A DNA stretch of 63,325 nt, counting the filler, from Hausera hauseri (lineage: Eukaryota), in the NCBI GenBank assembly GCA_046269625.1. It is 12 parts of 12 records of this genome, joined end to end, with 100 filler letters (N's around TTAATTAATTAA, not from the genome) between each part and the next. Parts side by side here need not be neighbours in the genome. Positions count along the whole stretch, not along the records: positions 32,256 to 41,758 come from JBJURY010355487.1; positions 41,859 to 47,975 come from JBJURY010138538.1; 10 more parts are not named here. One strand, 5' to 3'. The translations under genes and the position numbers were made by a program. Below, one piece after another: positions 36,061-48,075 of this stretch; within the stretch, counting starts at the first letter, position 1, and the number at the start of each line of letters is the position of its first letter. The notes under the pieces were generated by a model. It saw only the letters and a list, made by a program, of their open reading frames with translations. It was not told the DNA's origin and did not search any database.

Positions 36061-36912
36061 GATAATCTAACTGAAATTCCGTTTAAATTGTATGGGTACG
36101 TTATTATATCCACTTTTTGGTGTTGAGGGCCGAATAGACTTCTTTCATTTCATTACGGGTCGGGTTTACCTTACCTTACTAACCTTAAATAAGACTAAAT
36201 TTCAATGTAGAATTTAACGTTTTCTACACCATTTTTATTTAAAAGAAATATTGATGAGAAGCATGATATTATGTCTGTTTTGATAAAGATTCAATATATC
36301 TACTCGAATATTGGTAGTTGACAAGCTCGAAACCATAGTTAATTGTGGAGTTTCCTATATTTAGCAGTCGCTAAAATATACTAGAAATGTCGGAATAAGC
36401 CCTAGATGGACACTTGCAATGTGAGAAGCAAATTATTGGAGTGAACGAGGGTCATATCTGGCTCGTGGGCCGTATGTTGAAAATCTCTGGCTTAGGGTGT
36501 CTGCCGAAGGTCTTCAGTAGTCGAATGTTAATGACCTAAGAAATGCTATTATTTCCTGTTGGCATGGGAATAAGAAGTCAATATCAAATAAGAAGTTTTT
36601 GAATCGATAAAAATATAATATTCGAGATACAAACTATAACCACTTCTGTAGTTGAATACATTTTTGAATTTAAGTAAGCGAAAATGTCTAGCCCAGAAAG
36701 TTGCGTGATATCATTTTAATTAAACCTTAACATTACATGTCTTACACTATATATGATCAATTCACATGACCGGGTAGCTACTTTAATTCTGTGAATTTGG
36801 AAATTTCTGAAAAACCGCTTTTCGGTACGCTTCAAACACCCTGTGTTGCAATTAACTGTTTTGTGAACTTTGACTATGCATTAAGTTGTACCTCTTAACA
36901 CATTTTAATTCT

Positions 36913-37460
36913 TCAATATTTCTAAGAAGGGCACATCAATGTAGATTAGAGTTTTTTATTACAAATAGTCATAGACGTGCAAAATATAATGCTGATTAAT
37001 TATATGAAAAAAACCTTTCTTCGAAGAAGCTAAAATAACGTAATTTGGCTTTTAAATGTCATAGCATGTCGTACTTATTCAAGTCTTCTCTATTACGTTT
37101 AGCAATTTTGAACTCCGATAAAGTTTTCACTCCTTTTCTCGAGATAATATAATTTAATTATTTTAATTTTTCTAATTATTTCTGCCTAACTTCCAGAAAA
37201 CACTATACATCGAATATTAAAAGACCATTAGTTCGAAAAAAGCGAACGAAATGTTTGATATAGTTCGAATTTCTTGATAGGAACTTGAACAAGTGCGACA
37301 TACTGTCACATTTAAAAGCTGCAATTGGCTTATTTGGGCTTAGTTGGCAAAATGTTTTCTCATGTCATTAATCAGAATTATGTTATGCGCTTCTCTTTGG
37401 CTATTTGTTATAGTAAAACCCTGATTTGCAATAATTGATGTTCCATCACAAGCAATATTA
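36913..37460. mobile_element. MITE/foldback-like element with ~180-bp diverged inverted arms
   Basis: 36913-37090 aligns with the reverse complement of 37275-37460 (e.g. gcttttaaatgt...gtcg.actt.ttcaagt). Confidence 0.65.
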
Positions 37461-37534
37461 TTTTATTCTTGTGAACAATATTACAATATTCATTAGTTCC
37501 AATTTATTATTAAAAATATTTCCATTGTTCACAG

Positions 37535-39716
37535 AAAATTGTTTCTCGGTAAACCAATCAATTTTGAAAACCAAGTGCGCAAGTTCGTACAAAAAGTGAA
37601 AGGTTTTTATTTGATTCATCGTTATACATAATGATGTCCGATAACAATCGTCTAGATGGCGAATTCAATCCATCGATAAAGATGGAAAAGGTACTCGAGT
37701 TGATGATGTCGGAGAGAAACTCCAACATCTGTTTGCTTAAGCGTCGGCTACGTGATTTACAACGTATTGTCGACATGAAACAGGTTGATTGTCACTTGTG
37801 TGTGTGTGCGGATAGTTTTAGTTTTGACTTAGGCTCGAGGGTTGTCGGTGAATGAGGAGGAACGTGATTGTCTGAAAGAATTCGGACACCTTCTGATAGA
37901 GGACGATCCGTTCTCCGTTACCGTTGAGAATAGGTTTCAAAGGTAGTCTCGTGTACTGTATGACAGGATAACGGTTGGTTGTTGCAGCATAATGGATAAG
38001 GTGACGAAAGATCCTGATGTTTCCCGAAAGAACGAATTAGTCCAAGAATATTCCCAATACCTTCGGGAACATCCACCGGATTTCCAATCATTGCATTTGT
38101 CGGATGTTATCAACCGGTGCCAAAACGAACCCGATGAGTGTCAAACTATTGGTCCCATGACTCGTAAACGACGTCTTCTTCAGAACGGTATAGAGTCGGC
38201 ATTGTTGGGAAAATATGCTAAGTTGTCCATTGAGAAAGCGAGTGAATCAAGTGACAGTCGATCAGAATCGTCCGAAGATGGTGGCGGATCCAATGAACAG
38301 GACAATAGTGATGAGTCAGTATCCAGTGACACTGACTCACTGTCGAGTTCTAAACGACGGATGAAGGTCAATCGACATGATCGGCGGGAATTCCTTTGTC
38401 CACAAGAGGACTTTCTAGATTTCTTTTGTCTACTGCAGTACTTATTCATCAGTACACACCAACATCGATTGACGACAACTCAAGTCGAGGAACGAATTCG
38501 TCATTGGCAAATTATCAACAGACGAAATGTCGGTGATTTATTCAATCGATGGGCATCACTAACAGATGATTGGGTCATTTTGACAGTGTCAGCACTGAAT
38601 TATCTCAATACCAACAGTCCCGTTGTTGTCGACCATCGGAAGAAATCTCAGATCTGGCATTGGAAACGAGATCGGGAAATTTACGATCTCCATCGGATGT
38701 TTCTCGATTGGTGGAATTCTCCAGTCGACAAGAACCAATCGGCAAACTGTCAGACAAACAATCAGAATGAGAAAATCCCCATGCCTCTTTATCCCACAGA
38801 CTGGCAGGTACGGATGTCCACAGCGGATGAACGGATGCGATTTCAAATTCAAGAACGGAAGAGATATTTGCGACCGTGGCGTGGATTCGTGTACAACGTA
38901 CATGGGTACAGTTGTGTAGTGGCACCAGTAAGGGGTTGTCAACCGGGTAGAGATTACAGCAATGTGAAGGCACGAGGACATCCATTATTGGTCAACGAAC
39001 GACCGCCGCATGTTAACATTGTGGAAATTGTCCGTGATGCAGTTGCCCGATTACCCAACGGTCAAGGATCAAGATCGGATATTGTTCTGTTGGCTATGGA
39101 CAGTGCATATTGGAATAGTCAGGGAAATGAGAAAACGATCGGCCAGTGTATTAGTTCGGCATTGGATCGACTACAGGGTGAAAGTAGCGATCCATCGGTC
39201 AGATACAATTCCAAATTGAAATTGTGGTTCTATCGTCATCGACATCGGACATTACAGGAACTGGAAGAAATCCATTTGAAGAATTTGCAAGAGGAAATCA
39301 AGAAATATCGCAGTAATAACAACAGCAACCCGAACAACGGCAATACATCATCATTACTCAACGGAATGATGCGGCCAACAACAAGTCAATCAACTCAGAA
39401 CACAACCAGCGGACCGTATTACAATCCTGTTGTCATATCAGACAATCGACAGCCGTACGTATCGACGGATATAATTCCCCAACAGTCACCATTATTCGTC
39501 AACAGTGCTCATACTCAACGTCAGTCCTATCAGCAGTTCTCTCAGGCAATCACAAATGCCCGTGAACTGATTCAGCCAGTGCCTGTTGCTCGACCACAGA
39601 CTTTTCATCCTGGTCATCCATTACAACATGCCAACAATCCTGTTTTACTTTACAATCGAACTGTCCGTGTTAATTTGCCTTCGGATTACTTTAGTGATTC
39701 GCATTACTATATTTGA
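37535..39716 (+). CDS. NFRKB: Nuclear factor related to kappa-B-binding protein (INO80 subunit G). Exons 37535-37602, 37656-37783, 37833-37942, 37988-39716; 5' exons not located
   Basis: DEUBAD-like LFLGKPINFEN...KDGEFNP; FQIQERKRY..P...F.Y..HGY..VV.PV.G; KARGH.LL...RPPHV.I...VRDAVARLPNG.GSR; SALDRL..E..DP.V.Y....KLW.Y.HR.R. Three frame-preserving GT-AG introns of 53, 49 and 45 nt. Confidence 0.92.
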
Positions 39717-40088
39717 CTTGTTGATTCTCTCCATCATTGTCTTGACGGTGCTTTGATCTACAAATGTGTTGGTACTGTCTTATCGAATACGACTTTCTGT
39801 AAATATAGATATATCCTTCCCCATGGGTTCCCAAATACTGTCCGCTGGTTTTGTCATCGTTGCGTTTTGAATTGTGCATTTTTTTAAACAATATCCGACT
39901 GATTGTTTTCTATACTCCAGATTTATCATATAAAACTTATCGGAAGTTGTATTTCTATATACTATTAGATATGATGGATCAGATATGTTCTTGTTTGTTT
40001 TTTAGGCAATTATGCATTTACAATTGTCGATAATACAGTTCGCGCTGACAACCTATTCAAAAATTAATGCAACGCTTTTCGACTTCTA

Positions 40089-41225
40089 TTAAGTTTATAA
40101 CTTAAAACCCGCCTATTTTTGCAAAAATTAAGCCTTTATTTAAGGAACAAATGAAAAAAGACATCAATCAAAGTATTCTCCATTGTTAGATATTACGTTT
40201 TTCCATCCCACACGAAAGAACGACTCATATTAAGAGACTGTCAAGTCAGAAACCCATTTTTCGACTTTTTCATAAGACTTGAAGTGTGCGTGTGCCATAG
40301 ATCGAAACAAGTGGTAGCCGAAAGGAGCACAGTTCCCAGCGAAGTACTTCCAATGTTTCCTTGACCACCTTATTGACGTGAGGTTGAGCGTTGTCATGAA
40401 GCAAGATTACTTTATGCTGCCTTGTTTCATATTCTGGTCGTCTTTCGGACAATGCTTGGCTCAAACGAATCATTTGTTGGTAGAGATTCTCTGTTACTGT
40501 TTGACGAGGTTTAAGTATCTCGTAGCCTTTCACACCCTTCAGGTCCCACCAAACACAGAGCATGGCCTTCTTCCCATGAATATTTCGTTTTGGTGTCGAT
40601 GTCGATGGTTGATCTGGGTCACAAATGGTTTTTTGGAATTTGAGGTTATAGAAATATATTCACTTTTCATCACCTGTCAAAATTCGATGCAAAAACCCCA
40701 TTCTTTTTTGTCTGGCAAGCAGCATTTCGGAGATGGTTTTTCGCCTTTCGATGTCTCTTTCTTTCAGCTCATATGACATCCATTTCCCATGGGTTTTAAA
40801 CGCTTGCAAATGGCTGCTTGAGTAACATGCAACGTTTCTGGAAGTTGATTTTGTGTTTATCTATTAATGCTTGGAGTTCTGTATCTTCGAATTTTTTAGG
40901 CTGGCCTGAACGTTCTTTATCATTCGTGTCAAAATCACCAAGTTTAAATCGTCGAAACCATTCCTTACAAGTTGTTTCCGATAGAGCAAGTTCCTTAAAA
41001 GCTTCAACAAGCATTCTATGAGATTCAGCAGCAGTTTTCTTGAAATTGAAACAGAAAAGTAATGCTTTGCGCAAATGCTGCTTATTTGGTTGAAATCCAG
41101 ACATTTTCTTCGCAGTAAAAGACTATGTTGTCACAAAAATGTTATATATTGAATATCATAACATTTGACGATTGTCAGTTACAGCTGTTTATTGTTAGAA
41201 GGTGGGTTTTACGTTATAGACCTAA
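40089..41225 (-). mobile_element. Mariner element, Mos1/mauritiana-subfamily-like, decayed
   Basis: TIRs ttaagtttataacttaaaacccgcc / ttaggtctataacgtaaaacccacc with TA flanks. MSGFQPNKQHLR..LLFCF..KKTAAESHRMLVEAF...TC.EWF.RFK.GDFD, MLCVWWD, ILLHDNA.PH. Confidence 0.93.
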
Positions 41226-42181
41226 TATTTTACAAGTGTTCCTTATATATAATGCAAGAATTATTGAAAATTAATATTCAAAAGTAAGATTTAAAAGCTA
41301 TGTGACGAAGGTTTATGATAATGAAAATGTAAAGTAAATTCTGGAACAATATTCAATGTCACAATAGTAAAGGTTGAATGAAAGAATATCTCATAGAAGG
41401 TATCTTAAATAACATATAAACTCAATGTGGAGTAAAATGTAATGCAATGTGATATTCATGTGATGTTTGGTAGATAACAAATACACTGAAATTCTGGACC
41501 AGAACATATTTTCTTCTATAGAACAGAATTTTCTATAAAACAATTAATCATAACCGTTTGCATTTACGTCACCTGGATTTTTCCACGACTTTAATTTTTA
41601 ATAACTTGTCGGTAATTTAATATTTGTAAGCAATTTTTTGTGAATAATAATTTACAGTCGTGGACAAAAAATTAGCATTGTGAAGGGGAAACTCGATTGA
41701 TAAAATTTAAATTGTATATTAATTATTAACTTTCGTAAAACACATTTTAAATTTTATANNNNNNNNNNNNNNNNNNNNNNNNNNNNNNNNNNNNNNNNNN
41801 NNTTAATTAATTAANNNNNNNNNNNNNNNNNNNNNNNNNNNNNNNNNNNNNNNNNNNNTACCACCACCACTACTACAATTACCACCACCACCACACAAAC
41901 CACACGCATTAACAAATTCAGCAGGAGAATGAATGAATCCATCGGAATTATTTACATTTCAATGTTGCTTGAAACAAATCCGATCTGCTGACTGCCACGT
42001 TAGAATGATGTTGGAATCACCAATCCGGAGACCGTCGAACTAGTGATATAAACGAATGAGTTCTGTTAAATGGGACATGTCGTAATGTCATGCCGTAACG
42101 AAGCACAAGTATTTGTACTGAAATGTAACAAATAAATTATATTGATTCACGAAAACAAACATAGCAATATAATATATTTGA

Positions 42182-42446
42182 TTAAATACGGTCAATCAAC
42201 TTTTTCATTACAATACAAAGCGAAGCAGAAAATACAATTCCATTGAGGAAATTAATAAGTAGTGTTTGCCGCTTTCGTTTCCACTCATCTACGATACGTT
42301 TTATGAAGAGAGATCGGACTTTCAATTCAATATACTCTCGTCTACTCTTTATCATGGTTTCTGTCAGCTCACATAGATACTGAACGTCGAACACGTGTCC
42401 CGTCATTATTTCATCTGTCAATTTCACTCTCAATGAACTCTTCCAT
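42182..42446 (-). pseudogene. Small conserved gene of unknown function, divergent from pPolB
   Basis: MEEFIESEI-(frameshift)-LTDEIMTGHVFDVQYLCE. Homologue in the same position at 27343. Confidence 0.6.
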
Positions 42447-42466
42447 TTAAGTTGTAATATGTAATA

Positions 42467-45400
42467 TTGGTGATATGTTTATACCTACGTAAAAGAAATA
42501 AGTTAGTGTATATCAATTTATTATATAATTATATTTAATGTTTTCAATTTAAAGTTAACATTTACTTTAATTTGTTTAAGTTTAGAATTGTTCACAATAT
42601 CCCATTTACTGCGTCTGTCGCATACACGAGGAGGCAAAACAGTGCCATCAACAGATGGAGAAATATTACAACGTCCGACGTGTAATATTTCAGCCAATGT
42701 CCATACCCCGATTTTTATGAGATGCACAAACATAATCTCGGACCGTTTACACGGTCGAAGAAGATGATGTTAGTGCATTGCCCCATGTACCCACGGTACT
42801 GTACAAGTACATTGCACGACGTTGGTGTTTGCCAGAATGCAATGGAGCAGTACTATGGCGCCACAACGGTGCACGGTAAACGGGTCTATATTTGTCCCGG
42901 TTGTTCAATAGTTGACGATGAAATCAACTATGAACAATTTTACAATGAAACCAGTTTCAGCGGTGGTGCTCGAAAAAGCAAATATTAATGGAATCAACTA
43001 AAATCAGCAGCATCCCTTCAACAACAACAACCAGTAGGAAACGTAAGGCATCAACAAGTCTGGACAAATACATCAGAACTTATATTGAGCTGCACGAAGA
43101 AGAGCAACAGCAGGATCAGCAGGAGCAGAAACAGCAGCAGCAAGAAGAACAGATACAACAGGAACCCGATATTACAGTCAAGTACGATCTGAACAGATCG
43201 TACGTGGATATAAAAGCGAACATGTCGTCGACAACAGCAACACAATTGATATATGGTTCCGCAAAATGTGCGCAACCGGTTGGAATCATAAGTGGAGAAA
43301 ATCAAACAACATCACCAACACTGCAAAGTGCAATATTATACACTTGCAGAATTTGAGAACGTTGAAGGTGACAAGAAATAATTGTACCTGTCACATTTAG
43401 CTGTACCACATGCCAATGATTTTATTGCCGACGTCGTCGAAAAGCTCGAGGAGAAAATCGCCGACTACACGGAAAAGAGTAATGGTTGGCGAATTATATG
43501 AATTGTCACTCTCGGCTTTATCATAACGAAGTCGAGTGACGTAATATATTTGTCTGGACGATTATTCATACCGACACTTGCAGCTCTGAAGCAGTCTCTG
43601 GTGGTAATGAATGTAAAAATACTAACGATGAATACTGTTTTCTTTACAGTATTCTGGCGATATTGAAATATGACGAAGTGGACAGACATAATGCATCTCG
43701 TCCAAAACAGTATCAGAAATATTTTTCCGAATTGGATTTTGATGAAAGCTGGATGTCGATGAAACTGAAATCCATTCCGGTTTTTGAACAGCTTAATCCG
43801 ACACTGGCAATCAACATGTTCCGGTACAACACAATCGTAGAAATACAGGTGGATGAAGAAATTTCCAAAAATCCTCATGTGGATATAATCCATCGTAGTC
43901 GGAACCCAAATGACCGCTCATTAAATTTGTTACTACAAAAAGAAAAGTACCATTACGTTTCAGTGACAAATCTGGACAGATTACTGAACATGGAGCATGG
44001 CCATTTCCTCCAAAAACTGATAGTGTAAATGGTATCCTGTATGTCTTCATGGATTCAGGTCGGAAACAAGATGGGAGAAACATGTGGCGCTGTTCAGACA
44101 AAATTCGTCTGGAACCACAATGTATGTCATGCCCGTCAAACAGGAACTCAGATTCACTAATTGGTCAAAATGCCGATATCGAAGCTATCTTACCACGGCA
44201 CAACATATATGACCAAAAACATGTTCCAATCGCCGTCGGTATGTTGGTTGTTCCAATAAAAACCGCGGGTCAACCTCAATTTTATGTTTTCCATGGATGG
44301 AATTGTGTACGCGATTTCTTGCAGCAGTTGCAAACCATAGTGAAACTGAAAAAGCACCCTGGTACAGTAGAAACAGCAATAAACACTTGATGAAGATGAA
44401 GATGCACGCCCGACGTTTACAGTCACAGATGAGTGTTACCTGTGCTACAAAATATTACCGTTTGACTCACTGGAACGTCTCGTACCGTATAACGATCACT
44501 GTACTGGTCGATATCTCGGAGCGGCATGTAATTAATGCAATTTGGCAAGGCGTGTGCGGCCATTCCTACCGGTGATCTTTCATAATTTCCGAGGTTATGA
44601 TTGTCACCATATACAGAAATGGACCATCAACGGATTTCCGCACTGGGAACTGTCCATAATCCCAACAATAAAGGAGAAGTACCTGTCCCTGTCAGCACGC
44701 ATAAACCGGTTCCAGGTAAGCTTCATTGATTCATTGCAATTTCTCAATGAATCACTGACAAAGCTGGTAAATGCCTTATCTGATGTGCCAATAACCTCAA
44801 CGCAGTTCCCCACACATATTGCACACAGCAAAGGCATATTTCCATATGTGTTTGCAACATTATATGAGCCATTCCGGACAGAAGAAGAATTACCGCCGCG
44901 ATGGACAGGCATCACAGAAGATGAATATCGGAAAGCACAAGAATCTTGGACAGAACTCGGCTGTAGAAATATTGGAGTACATGCTCCAGTATCTCAACTG
45001 CACGTGTACTTATTGGCCGATGTGTTCCACGAATTTCGGGGGAAAGCGTTGGCTGAAGATAGGCTGGAGCCACTCAACTTTTATTTCATATTGGGAATGA
45101 GTTGGGCGTCAGCTCTATTGTCAATGGATAGAGATATTGAGCTGCTGCAAGACCCGGAAATGTACCTGCTGTTTGATCTTGGTATTCGCAGTGGCATGAC
45201 TTTTGTCAACAAGTATCAGGTCAGCGTCGCCGCCGCCGATACTACATCACGGCTGTATATTGATATTAATAACCTGTACGATTAAGCGCTTTTGCAACCC
45301 TTACCGTACGGTTCTTTCGAATGGGTAGTCGACATAGAAGATCTGGACGACATAATAGTCAGCATATAACGAGAAGATATGGCAGGCTCAGTCGAATACC

Positions 45401-46510
45401 TGATGGAGGTCGACCTCGTGGTACCAAATGAGCTGCATGACGTTTTGGGAGATTTACCGGTGGCACCATTTATCCAATGTCCTCCAGGCTCAAAAGGGAA
45501 GAAACTGCTCATTACGCAAAAATCGATGCTGATTTACGTGGTCTATTGGCACATGCTAACAGTTCTACATGCAGTTGGGCGTATGCCTCACACAGCTGCA
45601 TCATGTAATCCAATTCGGTCAGGCTCCCATATTTAAGGCGTGCATCAATGGTAATTCGGAGAAACGAGCCGCAGCTTGTACAAAGTTCACAAAGGACTAA
45701 TACAAGTTGAAAAATAATTCTCTCTACGGGAAAACAGTACAGAACCGCAAAAAGCTACTCAGTGTGCCCCTACGTAATAACGAAAAGCGGCTGATTACGT
45801 ATACCAGCAAGGCTCAGATCAGGATGTCAACGCACATTACCGATGGATTAATTGCAGTGCTGTTAAACCGGGAAGAAGTCATTCTGGACCGGCCAAGCTA
45901 TATCAGACAAGTGGTATTGGACCTGAGCAAGTTGCGAGTGTACGTGCTCCAGTATCGCGACATGGCACGTTACCGGCAAATGTTCGACGGCTGCAAGATC
46001 AGTATCGTTACAAGTGACACAGACAGTCTTTTTCTTGAGCTGAAAAACATCAATCAAGGCCAGCTGCTTTGGAAAATGATGGTAGATGGACTACTGGACA
46101 CGTCCAACTATCCGCAGAACCATCGTCTATATAGCAGCACGATAACAAATAAAATCGTCTGCTTCAAGGACGACAGTGAAGGCCGGGTTCAATACAGAGA
46201 ATGGATATTTCTACGCACAAAGTGCTATAGTCTTCTGACGGACCGTGGACCGAAAATTCGGGCAAAAGGAGTCCAGCTGAAACAGACGGAATTAAATCAC
46301 GCTGATCATCGACGTGTCTATGTTGGACAAGAGGAAGAAGAAAGAGGAGAAGGAGGAAAGGCTGTTGTACCTCAAACGACCATACGATCAATTGAGCACC
46401 AATTGTAAACTATTACAAATAAAAAGGTTGCTTTGTCATGCAACGATGACCAGCCAAAGTGGGTGGGGTTAAATAAGAGTTGGGCGTACGGACATTGACG
46501 TTTGAAGTAA
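42467..46510 (+). pseudogene. Polinton pPolB lineage A, near full length, with two N-terminal Cys/His units
   Basis: Same domains as 5430-8970. KNNSLYGKTV (motif B), IVTSDTDSLF (motif C), LDTSNYP..H.LYS...NKI..FKD, LRTKCYS, RAKGV; stop at 46508-46510. Confidence 0.93.
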
Positions 46511-46778
46511 AGTACATACACAGTCTGACAGCTCAGACAAAGACAGTCAGATTAGTACAATTTATAAACTATGACACTTGGTGTTATTTGATTATTGTAA
46601 ATAATGTATTTTTCTTCCACGTATTTTGTTTTGTCTTTTTAATTTAGCGTATCATTATGTATGGTATTTAATAAAAATAACGAATTAAGAGAAAAGTAGA
46701 ATCAATAATTTATTAATTATAAAACGCAAAAAGGCAAATCAAATCAAACTAAATTTGCGAAATTTCCACATAGGTGAT

Positions 46779-47178
46779 TTAACGCCACACAGTTCTTTTG
46801 TAGACTTTCCATTTTAGCATCAAACAGCCTTTAGCACTTTCGCATGGCAACGTCGTCGCTTCTGTCGTTGTTTTTGTTGTTGTTGTTTCGTCACCAATTA
46901 AACGGATAATCTTTTTAATATCGCCTTTGAGAAAAAGAGATGATGTTTCGCGAATATCACTGGACAACTCCAAATCACTGTCGACGTTTTTCAGCAAACG
47001 TTCCATCATGTCCAAATCATTGTCGCTGATTTTCTTTGCCAACAAAGCATATTTGACTTGTTTGAGTTTCACCGGTTGAGCCAATGACAATTGAATGGGC
47101 TTTTGTAGGTAATTCAATTTGTAGTCATTGTACAACCGAGACAATCTGACTGAATATTGATTGTATCGTAATTGACTT

Positions 47179-47209
<31 letters not shown>

Positions 47210-47243
47210 AATAATTGAATTTAGACGCTTCACTAGAATTCAT
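46779..47243 (-). CDS. Hypothetical 154-aa protein (element cargo) with poly-Ala and Thr tracts
   Basis: Uninterrupted ATG ORF (aacaATG context) between pPolB and the RING gene, followed by an AT-rich 3' region. Confidence 0.55.
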
Positions 47244-47433
47244 TGTTGTTTTTGTTTTGTAGAACCAGAGAAAGAGGGACGGAGTGAAATGAAATTATAC
47301 CGCTATGTATACCCGTCTAACACATTGTTTTGCTTATATTACAAATGTGTCAACACTGAGAGTTATTGTAACAAATTACCCAATAAACTCCTCGAAGCTG
47401 TTGAGTTACACATTACAAAATCAATGTATTCAT

Positions 47434-47850
47434 TTATTCATAATAAATGTGTACAATTTCGATTATGGCACATTTACATTCTGGACATTGGTGGGTTACT
47501 TTGGTGGTGGTTTTGGAACACATTTGAGAAGCAACGAGATGGCCACACATTAAGAATACCGTATCCACTTTTCTTTGTTTGCATAGTACACACATAAGCT
47601 GACAGTTTTGTACTTTGCCCATTATTTTCTCTTTCAAGTTCTTTAATTCACCGCGCACCTTTTCAACAGTATTAAGGTAATTTGTATCGTACAATCGGTG
47701 AATATACATTTGATTTAATACAATAATTAGAATTTTTATATTGCTTAAATCTGCTGTGGTCAATGCAATTGACGCTAAATCTTCTTTAAATCCAAACTCA
47801 CCTGCTGCTCTTGCAACCGTCTCGCTATCAACTAAGCAATACGGCGTACA
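47434..47850 (-). CDS. IAP-like UBA + RING protein (in-frame ATG absent; probably spliced from an upstream exon)
   Basis: ETVARAAGEFGFKEDLASIAL...NIKILIIVL followed by CVLC...CGHLVA..MC...CPEC. Homologue of 8998-9482. Confidence 0.75.
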   Translation of the reverse strand, partial: CTPYCLVDSETVARAAGEFGFKEDLASIALTTADLSNIKILIIVLNQMYIHRLYDTNYLNTVEKVRGELKNLKEKIMGKVQNCQLMCVLCKQRKVDTVFLMCGHLVASQMCSKTTTKVTHQCPECKCAIIEIVHIYYE

Positions 47851-48075
47851 TTATTTATGGAAACAAAAAAAGAAACAGAGAAATACATTTATTTATTTAT
47901 CTGCATGAAATATAGTCAATACAAAGCCGTACACATTTTTTATAAGCAGAATGTGGTCCATGATCACGATAGTAGNNNNNNNNNNNNNNNNNNNNNNNNN
48001 NNNNNNNNNNNNNNNNNNNTTAATTAATTAANNNNNNNNNNNNNNNNNNNNNNNNNNNNNNNNNNNNNNNNNNNN

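Noticed and set aside
38180-39219. Overlapping alternative-frame and antisense ORFs within NFRKB
   Set aside because: Shadow ORFs of a real coding exon, with no independent motifs.
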